Of a stretch of 27,095 nucleotides of DNA, positions 1 through 7,934 are shown one piece after another. Source of the DNA: an uncultured archaeon (GTDB lineage: Archaea > Aenigmatarchaeota > Aenigmatarchaeia > CG10238-14); contig CAYMPD010000002.1 in the NCBI GenBank assembly GCA_964392445.1, positions 1 through 27,095 of the forward strand. Direction: 5' to 3'. Each line of letters begins with the position of its first letter. Position 1 is the first letter of the stretch. Below the pieces are notes generated by a model. The model did not search any database. It saw only the letters and a program-made list of their open reading frames with translations, and had not been told where the DNA came from. Both the position numbers and the translations under genes were made by a program.

Positions 1-134
1 TGATGCGAGTATTATTATGAATTCTTCAATACTTAATTCTTTACCTAGAGCTAGAAAAATCTCTTTTAAATCTTCTGGGCTTCATCCCAGTAATTAGGTT
101 CTAACCAATAACTTAATTTAGCCTCTGATTCCAA

Positions 135-482
135 CTAATCACCTTCATCCCTTTCCTCATCCATTCTATTCCTATATCTAATATGAGCGGCTGTACAACT
201 TGGGACGATATCTGTGAATGGTAATGATTCTTCGACTAATGATCCAATTGCTCCTGGTACATCATCATATGCAAGCCATATCCATGCTCCTTGGGCGGCT
301 CCATACAAAGGATCAACCGGTCCCATTTCTATAAGTCCAATTCCATCTAATACCATACTTATTCCTAATTTTCTTCGGTCTGGTATTTCATAGACTCCGT
401 TCCTGAAATCTCTCCCTCTACCCCTAATTCCCTGGATTCCCTGCCTAATTCTTTCTCCATAACCTCTATTTACGTCTTCCAT
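135..482 (-). CDS. Hypothetical protein (115 aa), Arg/Gly-rich N-terminus, acidic C-terminus
   Basis: ORF track; strong SD GGAGGTGA just upstream of the ATG on the minus strand; no recognisable motif. Confidence 0.6.
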   Translation of the reverse strand: MEDVNRGYGERIRQGIQGIRGRGRDFRNGVYEIPDRRKLGISMVLDGIGLIEMGPVDPLYGAAQGAWIWLAYDDVPGAIGSLVEESLPFTDIVPSCTAAHIRYRNRMDEERDEGD

Positions 483-534
483 TTACCTCACCTCCTAATA
501 ACTAAAGAGTAGTTACGATATTTATATATAATTA

Positions 535-559
535 ATATAAAATATATAATAAAGGTGAT
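535..559 (+). promoter_or_regulatory. AT-rich upstream element plus SD (ATATAAAATATATAATAAAGGTGAT), copy 1
   Basis: Read directly; contains SD GGTGA at 554-558; near-identical copy at 1596-1619. Confidence 0.6.
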
Positions 560-564
560 TTTAT

Positions 565-1545
565 ATAAAAAGAAAGGCAATAAAGTTCGCTTCCACTTAT
601 GTAGTATCCCTACCAATGTCATGGTCTAGAAGATTTGATATACCTGATAAAAGAGAGCTGACGGTCAAAGAAATGACTGATGGTTCTCTGAGGATAATAC
701 CTGGTGATCTAGAAATAAGACAGGAAGAAGTTAAAATTCCAATACTTAAAGACGATACAGGAGATGAAATCTACTACAAAATACTCCGAAAATATCTCGA
801 AGCTTACAAAAAAATAATTCTGGTAGGTAATCTAACAGATAAACAAATGGATTTTATTCAAGTGATACATAGAAGAATTGTAGGATTGGAAGTAACCGAG
901 CAGAAAAAAGATAAAATAATTCTAACAGATCTTCTCAAACCAGAGGATGTGGATTTGGATAAAGTCGTTAATCAGATGTTCTCGTTCATAATTGCAATGA
1001 CTAATGATATAATCGCTCATATAGACCAAGGAAAACCGCCAAGAGATAAAATACTTGATAGGGACTCAGTTACTACTAGAAATCACAATTTGGCTTATAG
1101 ATGCTGTACCATGGCTTTGAAGGATTCAATCTACCTAGGTAAACTCAAAAAAACAACCAAAGAAATACTGATACTCTCGAGAGTTATTCGTTATCTGGAT
1201 ATGATAGGTACAATACTTGTTGGGATTAGTTATCTGATAAACACAGAAATGACTGAGGGCATGAAAAAGTACCATTATAAAGCATTTGAAAAAGATGAGA
1301 AACTCGAAAAAAAACTAGGGAAATATCTCAAGAGATGGTTAAAATACTTCCGCTCAACAAAAAAAGTACTCAAGAAAAAAGATGTTAAAAAAGCTACAGA
1401 ACTCTATCTCCAGAGATTCGATTACAGGTTTAGTTCAGATATTAAAGAAGTTAAATCCACGGAACATCTAACAAACACAGTTGATCTTACCGAACAGTTG
1501 ACAAGGATGAGTTCTTTGATACTTAGAGATTTTATGATGTATTGA
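565..1545 (+). CDS. AbrB/SpoVT-domain PhoU-family (phosphate uptake regulator-like) protein, about 326 aa
   Basis: ORF track starts at 616, but the frame is open upstream and gives IKRKAIKFASTYVVSLPMSWSRRFDIPDKRELTVKEMTDGSLRIIP, resembling the archaeal AbrB-PhoU N-terminus (RK...STYxVSLPxxW...DGSLxIxP); helical PhoU-like region follows; start placed at ATA 565 after SD GGTGAT (inference). Confidence 0.7.
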   Translation: MKRKAIKFASTYVVSLPMSWSRRFDIPDKRELTVKEMTDGSLRIIPGDLEIRQEEVKIPILKDDTGDEIYYKILRKYLEAYKKIILVGNLTDKQMDFIQVIHRRIVGLEVTEQKKDKIILTDLLKPEDVDLDKVVNQMFSFIIAMTNDIIAHIDQGKPPRDKILDRDSVTTRNHNLAYRCCTMALKDSIYLGKLKKTTKEILILSRVIRYLDMIGTILVGISYLINTEMTEGMKKYHYKAFEKDEKLEKKLGKYLKRWLKYFRSTKKVLKKKDVKKATELYLQRFDYRFSSDIKEVKSTEHLTNTVDLTEQLTRMSSLILRDFMMY

Positions 1546-1546
1546 T
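1491..1546 (+). repeat. 56-bp direct repeat, copy 1 (last codons and stop of the PhoU-like gene)
   Basis: cgaacagttgacaaggatgagttctttgatacttagagattttatgatgtattgat; 51/56 identical to 2351-2406. Confidence 0.95.
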
Positions 1547-1595
1547 TTAACCAACCCAATAATTAATTATTTATATAAGAAAGTATAGTATTTCT

Positions 1596-1619
1596 ATATA
1601 AAATATATATAAAGGTGAT
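1596..1619 (+). promoter_or_regulatory. AT-rich upstream element plus SD (ATATAAAATATATATAAAGGTGAT), copy 2
   Basis: Differs from 535-559 by a single indel; directly precedes the antitoxin ATG at 1623. Confidence 0.6.
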
Positions 1620-1622
1620 ATA

Positions 1623-1868
1623 ATGCCTATGATAAGTGTTGATATAACTAGTAAAATGAAAGAAATGACGAATGAGTTAATTAAGAGTGGTTATTATACC
1701 TCACAATCTGAAGCTATCAGAGATGCGATTCGTGAGTTGTATTTTAACATACAAGAAAAGAACAAAAAAACTATCACTCTTGAAGAAGCAAGAAATATAG
1801 CCGGAAAAATCACAAAAAAAACTGGTAAAACTCTATCTCAGGCCGTTATTGAATCAAGGGACGAATAA
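1623..1868 (+). CDS. Ribbon-helix-helix (CopG/Arc/MetJ) antitoxin
   Basis: MPMISVDIT beta strand followed by LIKSGYYTSQSEAIRDAIRE (RHH helix pattern); TAATG overlap with the downstream PIN gene. Confidence 0.85.
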   Translation: MPMISVDITSKMKEMTNELIKSGYYTSQSEAIRDAIRELYFNIQEKNKKTITLEEARNIAGKITKKTGKTLSQAVIESRDE

Positions 1869-2317
1869 TGAAAATATATTTTGATTCTAGCGGATTTATC
1901 AAATATTTTGGCAAAGAAAAAGGAACTGAAAAGATAATAGAAATAGTAGAAGAAGCAAAGAAAAATAAAGACCTTCTAGTAAGTTCCTCTTTGATGATAC
2001 CTGAAATTATAGGTGGTTTTGATAAATGGTACAGGCAAAAATTGATAACCAAATCAGATTTTGAGAAATTGGTAAAGATTTTCTTAGATACTTTGATAAA
2101 ATTAGTTGAAGATGGTACTATGAAATTCATACTTCTGGAGAATTATCAGGTAATCAATAACATGGAAGTCCTAATAAAGCATCATTTTGGTGGATGCGAT
2201 CTTATTCATTTAAATTCTGCAATGGCTTCTGATTGTGATCTTTTCGTTGCTTCTGACAAACAACTTTGTAGTGGAGCTAAAAATGTTAAATTAAAGGTTT
2301 TGAATCCTGAAAAATAG
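1868..2317 (+). CDS. vapC: PIN-domain ribonuclease toxin (VapC-like)
   Basis: Acidic tetrad intact: YFDSS, IPEII, CDLIH, ASDKQL; 149 aa; translationally coupled to the RHH gene. Confidence 0.9.
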   Translation: MKIYFDSSGFIKYFGKEKGTEKIIEIVEEAKKNKDLLVSSSLMIPEIIGGFDKWYRQKLITKSDFEKLVKIFLDTLIKLVEDGTMKFILLENYQVINNMEVLIKHHFGGCDLIHLNSAMASDCDLFVASDKQLCSGAKNVKLKVLNPEK

Positions 2318-2350
2318 TTTCTAATCTAGAAAAACGTTAATTATAATTTT

Positions 2351-2406
2351 CGAACAGTTATCCAGAATGAGTTCTTTGATACTTAGGGATTTTATGATGT
2401 ATTGAT
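2351..2406 (+). repeat. 56-bp direct repeat, copy 2 (orphan 3' end of a PhoU-like allele)
   Basis: Translates as EQLSRMSSLILRDFMMY-stop versus EQLTRMSSLILRDFMMY-stop in copy 1; no upstream start in frame. Confidence 0.95.
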
Positions 2407-2473
2407 AACCAGATATTCAAATAAAAAAGTTCTACCATCAAAAATAATTAATCTAATTCACCAATAATTATCT

Positions 2474-2620
2474 ATGCCCTTACCAGGAATTTGCCAAGGC
2501 TGTCAAAAAATCAGTTATGGTCTACGAATATGTACTTACTGCGGCTCTAGAGTTTGTCCTGGATGTCTGGAAGGTAGGGAAACGCCTTGCAAATTATGTA
2601 AAAAAGAAGAAAAAGAATAA
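2474..2620 (+). CDS. Small 8-Cys zinc-finger protein (48 aa), not in ORF track
   Basis: Manual translation MPLPGICQGCQKISYGLRICTYCGSRVCPGCLEGRETPCKLCKKEEKE; four CxxC pairs. Confidence 0.85.
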   Translation: MPLPGICQGCQKISYGLRICTYCGSRVCPGCLEGRETPCKLCKKEEKE

Positions 2621-2624
2621 GATT

Positions 2625-3446
2625 TTAACTAGAAATCCTTTCCATATGTTTCTTAACAACCTCCAAATCCTCATTTTCATGAAGATGCAGATACTTTTTA
2701 CTGCTTAAATGTCCAGATATAAGTCCTCTTTTTACCAGTTGTGGGAAAACGTCCTTTTCCAGACTAGAACCACCATAACTAAGGATTTCAGGTTCTGTAA
2801 CAAATATTCCAGAGAAAAACACGTAGGATTCAGGCATTTCGGGTTTTTCACTAAATTCCACTATCTTATCCCCCTCCATCTTAACTGTACCGACCTCGTT
2901 TCTAGTTATCGCCGAACTTGATATAAGCAAAGTAGTTATTGCTTTTTGTCTCACATGATCCCTCCAGAGGGTTTTCAGGTTTATCTCATTGAATATGATG
3001 TCACAGTAAACGACCAAAAACGTCTTTTTTATCTTTCCTCTTAACAATTTTAGTGTTTCCGCTGAACCTTTCGTTTTCTTTTCCTCTACAAAATTAACAT
3101 TTACACCATAACTTTCTCCATTACCAATTATTTTGAATATCTTTGTCAGTATAGGTCTTCTTGCAACTATGAAAATATCCTTAAAACCACTTTCTCTCAG
3201 TTTTTGAACCGAAAGTTCTATTATACTTGTCCCATTTATTTTCAAGGTAGGTTTAAGTGTCCCATTTATTTTCAGATGTTTGTCTCCTCCTCCAGCAAGT
3301 ATAACTGCAGGTTTGTTATCACCCAGAGATTTATTTACCAAAAATTCAATTGCCTGTGATCTGTTTCTTATAGATATACCGTTAACCATTGAGTCAACTT
3401 CCTTCAAAGTCCTCTCATTCATCGTAATAGAAATCTTCTTCTTCAT
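2625..3446 (-). CDS. RHH + sugar-phosphate nucleotidyltransferase-fold fusion protein (active site degenerate)
   Basis: N-terminal KISITMNERTLKEVD...NRSQAIEFLV (RHH); VILAGG, KGSAETL, YCDIIF, EFSEKP and SGIFV match NTP_transferase landmarks. Confidence 0.8.
   Translation of the reverse strand: MKKKISITMNERTLKEVDSMVNGISIRNRSQAIEFLVNKSLGDNKPAVILAGGGDKHLKINGTLKPTLKINGTSIIELSVQKLRESGFKDIFIVARRPILTKIFKIIGNGESYGVNVNFVEEKKTKGSAETLKLLRGKIKKTFLVVYCDIIFNEINLKTLWRDHVRQKAITTLLISSSAITRNEVGTVKMEGDKIVEFSEKPEMPESYVFFSGIFVTEPEILSYGGSSLEKDVFPQLVKRGLISGHLSSKKYLHLHENEDLEVVKKHMERISS
3228..3274. repeat. 17-nt direct repeat with 30-nt period (tgtcccatttattttca x2) encoding LKINGT twice
   Basis: Copies at 3228-3244 and 3258-3274. 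Confidence 0.9.
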
Positions 3447-3657
3447 ACCTCAATTATTGAAATTTCACATACTTAAATTTATTTCTATTATCGTATAAAG
3501 TATGATAAAGGTAGTATATTTATACTCGTGCACTAATAATAATATTAACCAAAAAGCAAAGTGGAGATAAACCCCACAGAGGTAATCTGATAATTTGCGT
3601 CTCCCAACTTTAGCTGAGAATTGGTTGCCAATTTTTCCTTTTTTTTGGAGGACTTCT

Positions 3658-4917
3658 ATGACCGAATTAACAAATGATACCTTCAATGAGTTTTTACTCT
3701 CTAATAGGTTGTTCATTACACCAGACGATATAGGATTAGAATTCTCAGAAAATCTAGACGTACTAAGAGATCAGCTCCAGGTTTGTAAAAATTTAGCTTC
3801 AGATATAAGGAGAAGATTGGAGAGATTAAGTAGAGAACAAAGAGTGGGAATTTTTAGAAGAAAAATGAGAGCCAACGAACTTTTTGAGATTTTTGACAGT
3901 TTTAATGGGGGGGATTCTAGAGAATTTTTAGATTTAGAAGACGTTTCTATGACTATTGATTATAGGAATCCTGATAGAACATTCAAAATACCCCATACAA
4001 CTTATAGAGTACTTTTTTCAAGATATCCTCCTATTTATTTGAAGGTTATGCCAAGATTTCGTTATGACGAATGTTTCATTGAATTTGCAGATACTGTCGG
4101 GATACCAAACTATTATCTTTGTGAATATTATGATAGAGACCCTATGACTTATTGGTTATTGATTGGTGAAGTCCCAGAAGCAACTAATTTACAAGAAGTA
4201 CCTCCTACTGATCTCAACTTTTATCAGAATTCTATAATTAGAGGAATAGGGGAACAGTTAGCATTAATACATATATTATCGGCTGGAGATTTCGATTTTC
4301 TGGTCACCGATGGAAGAGTTGTAAGTATTGATCATGAATTTTTATTCAATGAAAAGGATTATTCAGAAACTGATGTAAAAAAGGGAAAAAGTGTTTCACA
4401 TAATTTAAGGAGGTTTCCCGGCCCTATTTCTGGTAATTTGTTAGGTTTCATTGATGCCTATATGGAGGTTTGGGAAAGAGTCGAATCAAGGAAAGGAGAA
4501 TTAGATGAGATTCTTTCAATCTATGAGAATCCAGCAGCATCCAATATAGTGGAGAGGACATTAGAAAGAGGCCCTATACAGTATTTAGATACCGAGTTAT
4601 ATTATATCTTGGATTGGAGAAAAAGAGAAACATATTTTGACTACTGGTTAAATGCCAATGACCCCTCCTACTTTATTGATGATTCAGATGATTTAGAGAG
4701 AAGAGCCTATTTTATATTAAATTCCAGAATTTATCCAGATGAAAGAAGAATGTGGGAACTAAGCTTAGATGACGATCTATTGGAAATTGGTTATAATTTA
4801 ATTGAAAGAGGACTGGGAGAGAAAGAATTGAGGGAATTGAGGAGGAAAATCCGTCATCTTAATTTTGAAAATAGGAGAATATTTCAATCTTTAAGGGAAG
4901 TATACACTAACGGCTAA
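3658..4917 (+). CDS. Orphan protein with PI3K/PI4K/HipA-like kinase-fold motifs (about 419 aa)
   Basis: SD GGAGG at 3647-3651 favours ATG 3658 over the track's 3595; IYLK (Lys), HILSAGDFDFLV and VVSIDHEFLF resemble the catalytic and metal-binding segments of atypical kinases. Confidence 0.55.
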   Translation: MTELTNDTFNEFLLSNRLFITPDDIGLEFSENLDVLRDQLQVCKNLASDIRRRLERLSREQRVGIFRRKMRANELFEIFDSFNGGDSREFLDLEDVSMTIDYRNPDRTFKIPHTTYRVLFSRYPPIYLKVMPRFRYDECFIEFADTVGIPNYYLCEYYDRDPMTYWLLIGEVPEATNLQEVPPTDLNFYQNSIIRGIGEQLALIHILSAGDFDFLVTDGRVVSIDHEFLFNEKDYSETDVKKGKSVSHNLRRFPGPISGNLLGFIDAYMEVWERVESRKGELDEILSIYENPAASNIVERTLERGPIQYLDTELYYILDWRKRETYFDYWLNANDPSYFIDDSDDLERRAYFILNSRIYPDERRMWELSLDDDLLEIGYNLIERGLGEKELRELRRKIRHLNFENRRIFQSLREVYTNG

Positions 4918-5464
4918 TTTCTTTTCTAAAAATTTGATTTAATTTACCTGAAAATTTCATTTTTTTTATTAATTCTTTTGATTCCCTAGAACATCGATCA
5001 TACATATAATTTATTTTGAATCTTGTTTTCTCTTTCCCCATACTTTTGTAATAGTACTCTATATTGTTTTCGAAGAAGGATAGACTATCGGCATCTCTTA
5101 GTATATTGGCATCTTCAGATCCACCCACTTCATGGGATAATACCAATTCTTTTACTTCTTTTACTGACTCTGGATAAAATCCATATTTTTTCATTAGTTC
5201 TGACATGATTTTAGCACTTTGCTTCGAATGATACAATTTGTATTCATCATAACTTTTAAAATTAGGAAAATTCTTTCTGGTACCTCTTTCTATGTCATGA
5301 GCCAAAGCTGCTATTTGAAGTTCTGTGGACGCATCCGGTTTGATTTTTAAAACCCAGTCTCTTGTATTTTCCGAATGACTAGGGTCTGTGGGAATAGGTG
5401 AAGTATTAATTATTTCTTTTATTTTAATTTTTAAAGATTTTAGATCCCCTTTTATCATTATCAA
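4907..5464 (-). CDS. HD-superfamily protein (DUF4202-like)
   Basis: H...AALAHDIER...H...SHE...LRDADSLSFF pattern of HD-domain metal ligands. Confidence 0.7.
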   Translation of the reverse strand: MIMIKGDLKSLKIKIKEIINTSPIPTDPSHSENTRDWVLKIKPDASTELQIAALAHDIERGTRKNFPNFKSYDEYKLYHSKQSAKIMSELMKKYGFYPESVKEVKELVLSHEVGGSEDANILRDADSLSFFENNIEYYYKSMGKEKTRFKINYMYDRCSRESKELIKKMKFSGKLNQIFRKEISR

Positions 5465-5546
5465 ATCTATAGGTATAGTCCTATTTAAATTAAAAATTCA
5501 TTCACGCTTCATCCCTTAGTCAGCATGTTAAAAAAACAAAAAACTT

Positions 5547-5894
5547 CTAAAATTCCATTAATACGTCGACTATCTTTTCGACTTGTTCTTTTTCCTCTTT
5601 GCTTTTTGCGCTGAGTAGAGTTCTAACCTTTTCTCTTAAGCCTTCTCTTTTTGCCAATTCTCCCATTTCTGCAATTCCCTTTAGAGCGACTTCTGATCTT
5701 TCCAATCTTGCTTCTAATTTTTTTACTTTACTTGCGACCTCTGTCAATGCACACCATACCTGAGCGACTTTGACGTCTTCAGCTTGCATGTATGCACATT
5801 TATGTTGTTTTGCTCTTTCTATTAATTCAGCTAGCTCTACTTGAGCATTTCCACAAAGATACTCTTTCCAATCTTTTTCTTCTCCGAAGAGCAC
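5547..5894 (-). CDS. Hypothetical helical/coiled-coil protein (115 aa)
   Basis: ORF track 5547-5969; SD GGTGAT followed by AAA GTG suggests a GTG start at 5894 (MLFGEEKDWKEYL). Confidence 0.7.
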   Translation of the reverse strand: MLFGEEKDWKEYLCGNAQVELAELIERAKQHKCAYMQAEDVKVAQVWCALTEVASKVKKLEARLERSEVALKGIAEMGELAKREGLREKVRTLLSAKSKEEKEQVEKIVDVLMEF

Positions 5895-6025
5895 TTTATC
5901 ACCTTGCTTAAAGATGTTGTTATAAAAACTTAAATACTTATCGATACTTGATAGTAGTAACATCTTCATATAATAGAAAGCCCGAAAACATTTAATTCTA
6001 TCCCATTCATAGTATTAGGTAATGG

Positions 6026-6745
6026 TTGTTGAAGATGAAGGAAGGAGATTTTGTAAGGATAGATTATGTTGGAAAAATAAAGGAATCCGGTCAGATATTT
6101 GACCTAACAAACGAAGAGGTAGCAAAAAAGGAGGAAGTTTATAATTCTAACGTTAATTATGGACCTCTGCCCGCTATTATTGGGTCTAAGTTTCTTATCA
6201 GGGGCTTGGATAAAACTTTAAGAGAGATGAAAGTTGGTGAGAAAAAGCATATACTGCTAGGTCCAGAAGACACTTTTGGTCAGAGAAGCGAAAAGATGAT
6301 AAAATTAATACCAGAATCCGAGTTTACAAAACAAGATATGGTTCCTTATCAGGGTATGCCCGTGAGAATCAAGAATCTACAGGGGAGAGTTTTATCGGTC
6401 TCTGGAGGGAGGGTAAAGGTCGACTTCAATCACCCTCTAGCTGGGAAAGAACTGGAATACGACATTGAAATAAAAGAAAAAATAACAAAAAAAAATGAGC
6501 AAGTAAAATCTATCCTAGAATTTTTCTATAAACCTACAGGTAAAGAGAAGGTTGAAATCGAGGATGATACAGCGAAAGTAATTGTGGATCCAAATAGTGA
6601 TCTGCCAAAGAAAGTCAAGGATAAAATATCTGAAACAATAATCAAATGGATTGAAGACTTGAAGAAAGTTAGATTCATTGAGGAATACTCACCAAGTATG
6701 TCCGAGAAAACACAAATTAACAAAAGTACAGAAAATAAAGAATAA
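6026..6745 (+). CDS. Long-type archaeal FKBP peptidyl-prolyl isomerase (SlyD-like)
   Basis: GDFVRIDYVGK, FDLT, GLDKTL, VDFNHPLAGKEL motifs plus C-terminal extension; start may be ATG 6035. Confidence 0.95.
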   Translation: MLKMKEGDFVRIDYVGKIKESGQIFDLTNEEVAKKEEVYNSNVNYGPLPAIIGSKFLIRGLDKTLREMKVGEKKHILLGPEDTFGQRSEKMIKLIPESEFTKQDMVPYQGMPVRIKNLQGRVLSVSGGRVKVDFNHPLAGKELEYDIEIKEKITKKNEQVKSILEFFYKPTGKEKVEIEDDTAKVIVDPNSDLPKKVKDKISETIIKWIEDLKKVRFIEEYSPSMSEKTQINKSTENKE

Positions 6746-6748
6746 TCT

Positions 6749-6898
6749 ATGTCAGTTTGGAAAAACATCAAGTGCCCTAATTGCGATAAACCTAATGATA
6801 GAGAAGAATTAAAAGCAAGAGACGGTGAATGTTTCTATTGCGGTTTTAAGATCGTTTCTAATCTTAATGGTTTCGTTGGAAAGACCGTTAAAGCTTAG
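6749..6898 (+). CDS. Small Zn-ribbon protein (49 aa), not in ORF track
   Basis: MSVWKNIKCPNCDKPNDREELKARDGECFYCGFKIVSNLNGFVGKTVKA; CPNC...CFYCG; starts 3 nt after the FKBP stop. Confidence 0.8.
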   Translation: MSVWKNIKCPNCDKPNDREELKARDGECFYCGFKIVSNLNGFVGKTVKA

Positions 6899-7009
6899 AA
6901 AATCCATAGTTTCTGGGTCTTAAGCTTCTTTTAACTATAATTAGAAAACTTGATAAATTATATAAGCGCTTAGAGGTTAAAAATTATAAGAGATTGGGGC
7001 TGAATCTTT

Positions 7010-7216
7010 ATGATAGCTATAATATTGGCCATTCTACTGGGATTTTTGATTGCTAAACAGTCTTGGATTTCTGTTTTATTGTTAATTGTATTATTCTTGA
7101 ACGAGATTAGTCAAGGTGGAATTTTAATGGCCTTTGAGGAAATCATAGATGAAAAAACTAGGTATATTTTCTATATAACACTATTTCTTTTTCTCGTTGT
7201 TTATATTATAATTTGA
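7010..7216 (+). CDS. Small membrane protein (68 aa)
   Basis: Two to three hydrophobic stretches; ORF track. Confidence 0.6.
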   Translation: MIAIILAILLGFLIAKQSWISVLLLIVLFLNEISQGGILMAFEEIIDEKTRYIFYITLFLFLVVYIII

Positions 7217-7252
7217 AATTTCAAGATCATATTTTTCTTCTTATTTCTTTAA

Positions 7253-7822
7253 ATGATTATTATGTTGACGCAGGAAGAAGGTAAAAAACTTCTTAAACTC
7301 GCTAGGTTTTCGGTCAAAGAATATTTTGAAAAAAGTAAATTAAAAATTAAAAAAACTGAATTCAAAGAAAAACAAGGAGTTTTTGTAACTATTAAAAGTT
7401 ATAAAGGTGAGTTGAGGGGCTGTATTGGTTATCCTTATCCCGAATATCCTCTGGGTGAAGCTGTGCAAAAAGCTGCAATTTCAACTGCGTTTAAGGATTC
7501 TAGATTCCCTCCTTTAACTAAATCAGAATTAGATAAAATTATATTCGAAATTTCAGTACTAACTAAACCAGAGTTGATAGAATTCAAAGATCCCAAGGAA
7601 TGTCCTAAAAAAATCAAGATAGGAGAAGATGGGTTGATTGTAAAATGTGGGGTAAACAATGGTTTGCTCTTACCTCAGGTCGCGACAGATCATGAATGGA
7701 ATGAGGAAGAATTTTTGCAATATACCTGTTACAAGGCTGGATTGACTCCAGATATGTGGACGGACAAAAGAACAAAGATTTACAAGTTTCAAGCTCAGAT
7801 TTTTAGCGAGGAGGAATCTTAA
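7253..7822 (+). CDS. amrA: AMMECR1-domain protein (AmmeMemoRadiSam system protein A)
   Basis: GVFVT...LRGCIG signature, DSRFPP, EISVLT, GLLLPQVA, CYKAGL. Confidence 0.95.
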   Translation: MIIMLTQEEGKKLLKLARFSVKEYFEKSKLKIKKTEFKEKQGVFVTIKSYKGELRGCIGYPYPEYPLGEAVQKAAISTAFKDSRFPPLTKSELDKIIFEISVLTKPELIEFKDPKECPKKIKIGEDGLIVKCGVNNGLLLPQVATDHEWNEEEFLQYTCYKAGLTPDMWTDKRTKIYKFQAQIFSEEES

Positions 7823-7847
7823 TAAAAGGGGAATTCAAGTAAATATT

Positions 7848-7925
7848 ATGACACTAACAGAGATAATTGTAATCATTTTTTTTATTATTTTATTTGCAAT
7901 TGGTTTTTTTGTTCTGGAAAAATAA
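7848..7925 (+). CDS. Putative 25-aa single-pass membrane peptide
   Basis: MTLTEIIVIIFFIILFAIGFFVLEK; fills the gap between amrA and the next gene on the same strand. Confidence 0.45.
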   Translation: MTLTEIIVIIFFIILFAIGFFVLEK

Positions 7926-7934
7926 GTGGATTAA

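Noticed and set aside
2517-2921. Track ORFs 2517-2708 and 2709-2921
   Set aside because: Out of frame with the 8-Cys gene at 2474-2620 and antisense to the nucleotidyltransferase gene; no motifs.
5490-5530. GC-richer intergenic patch with CTGA/ATGA words on the minus strand
   Set aside because: No correctly ordered C/D boxes or convincing stem.
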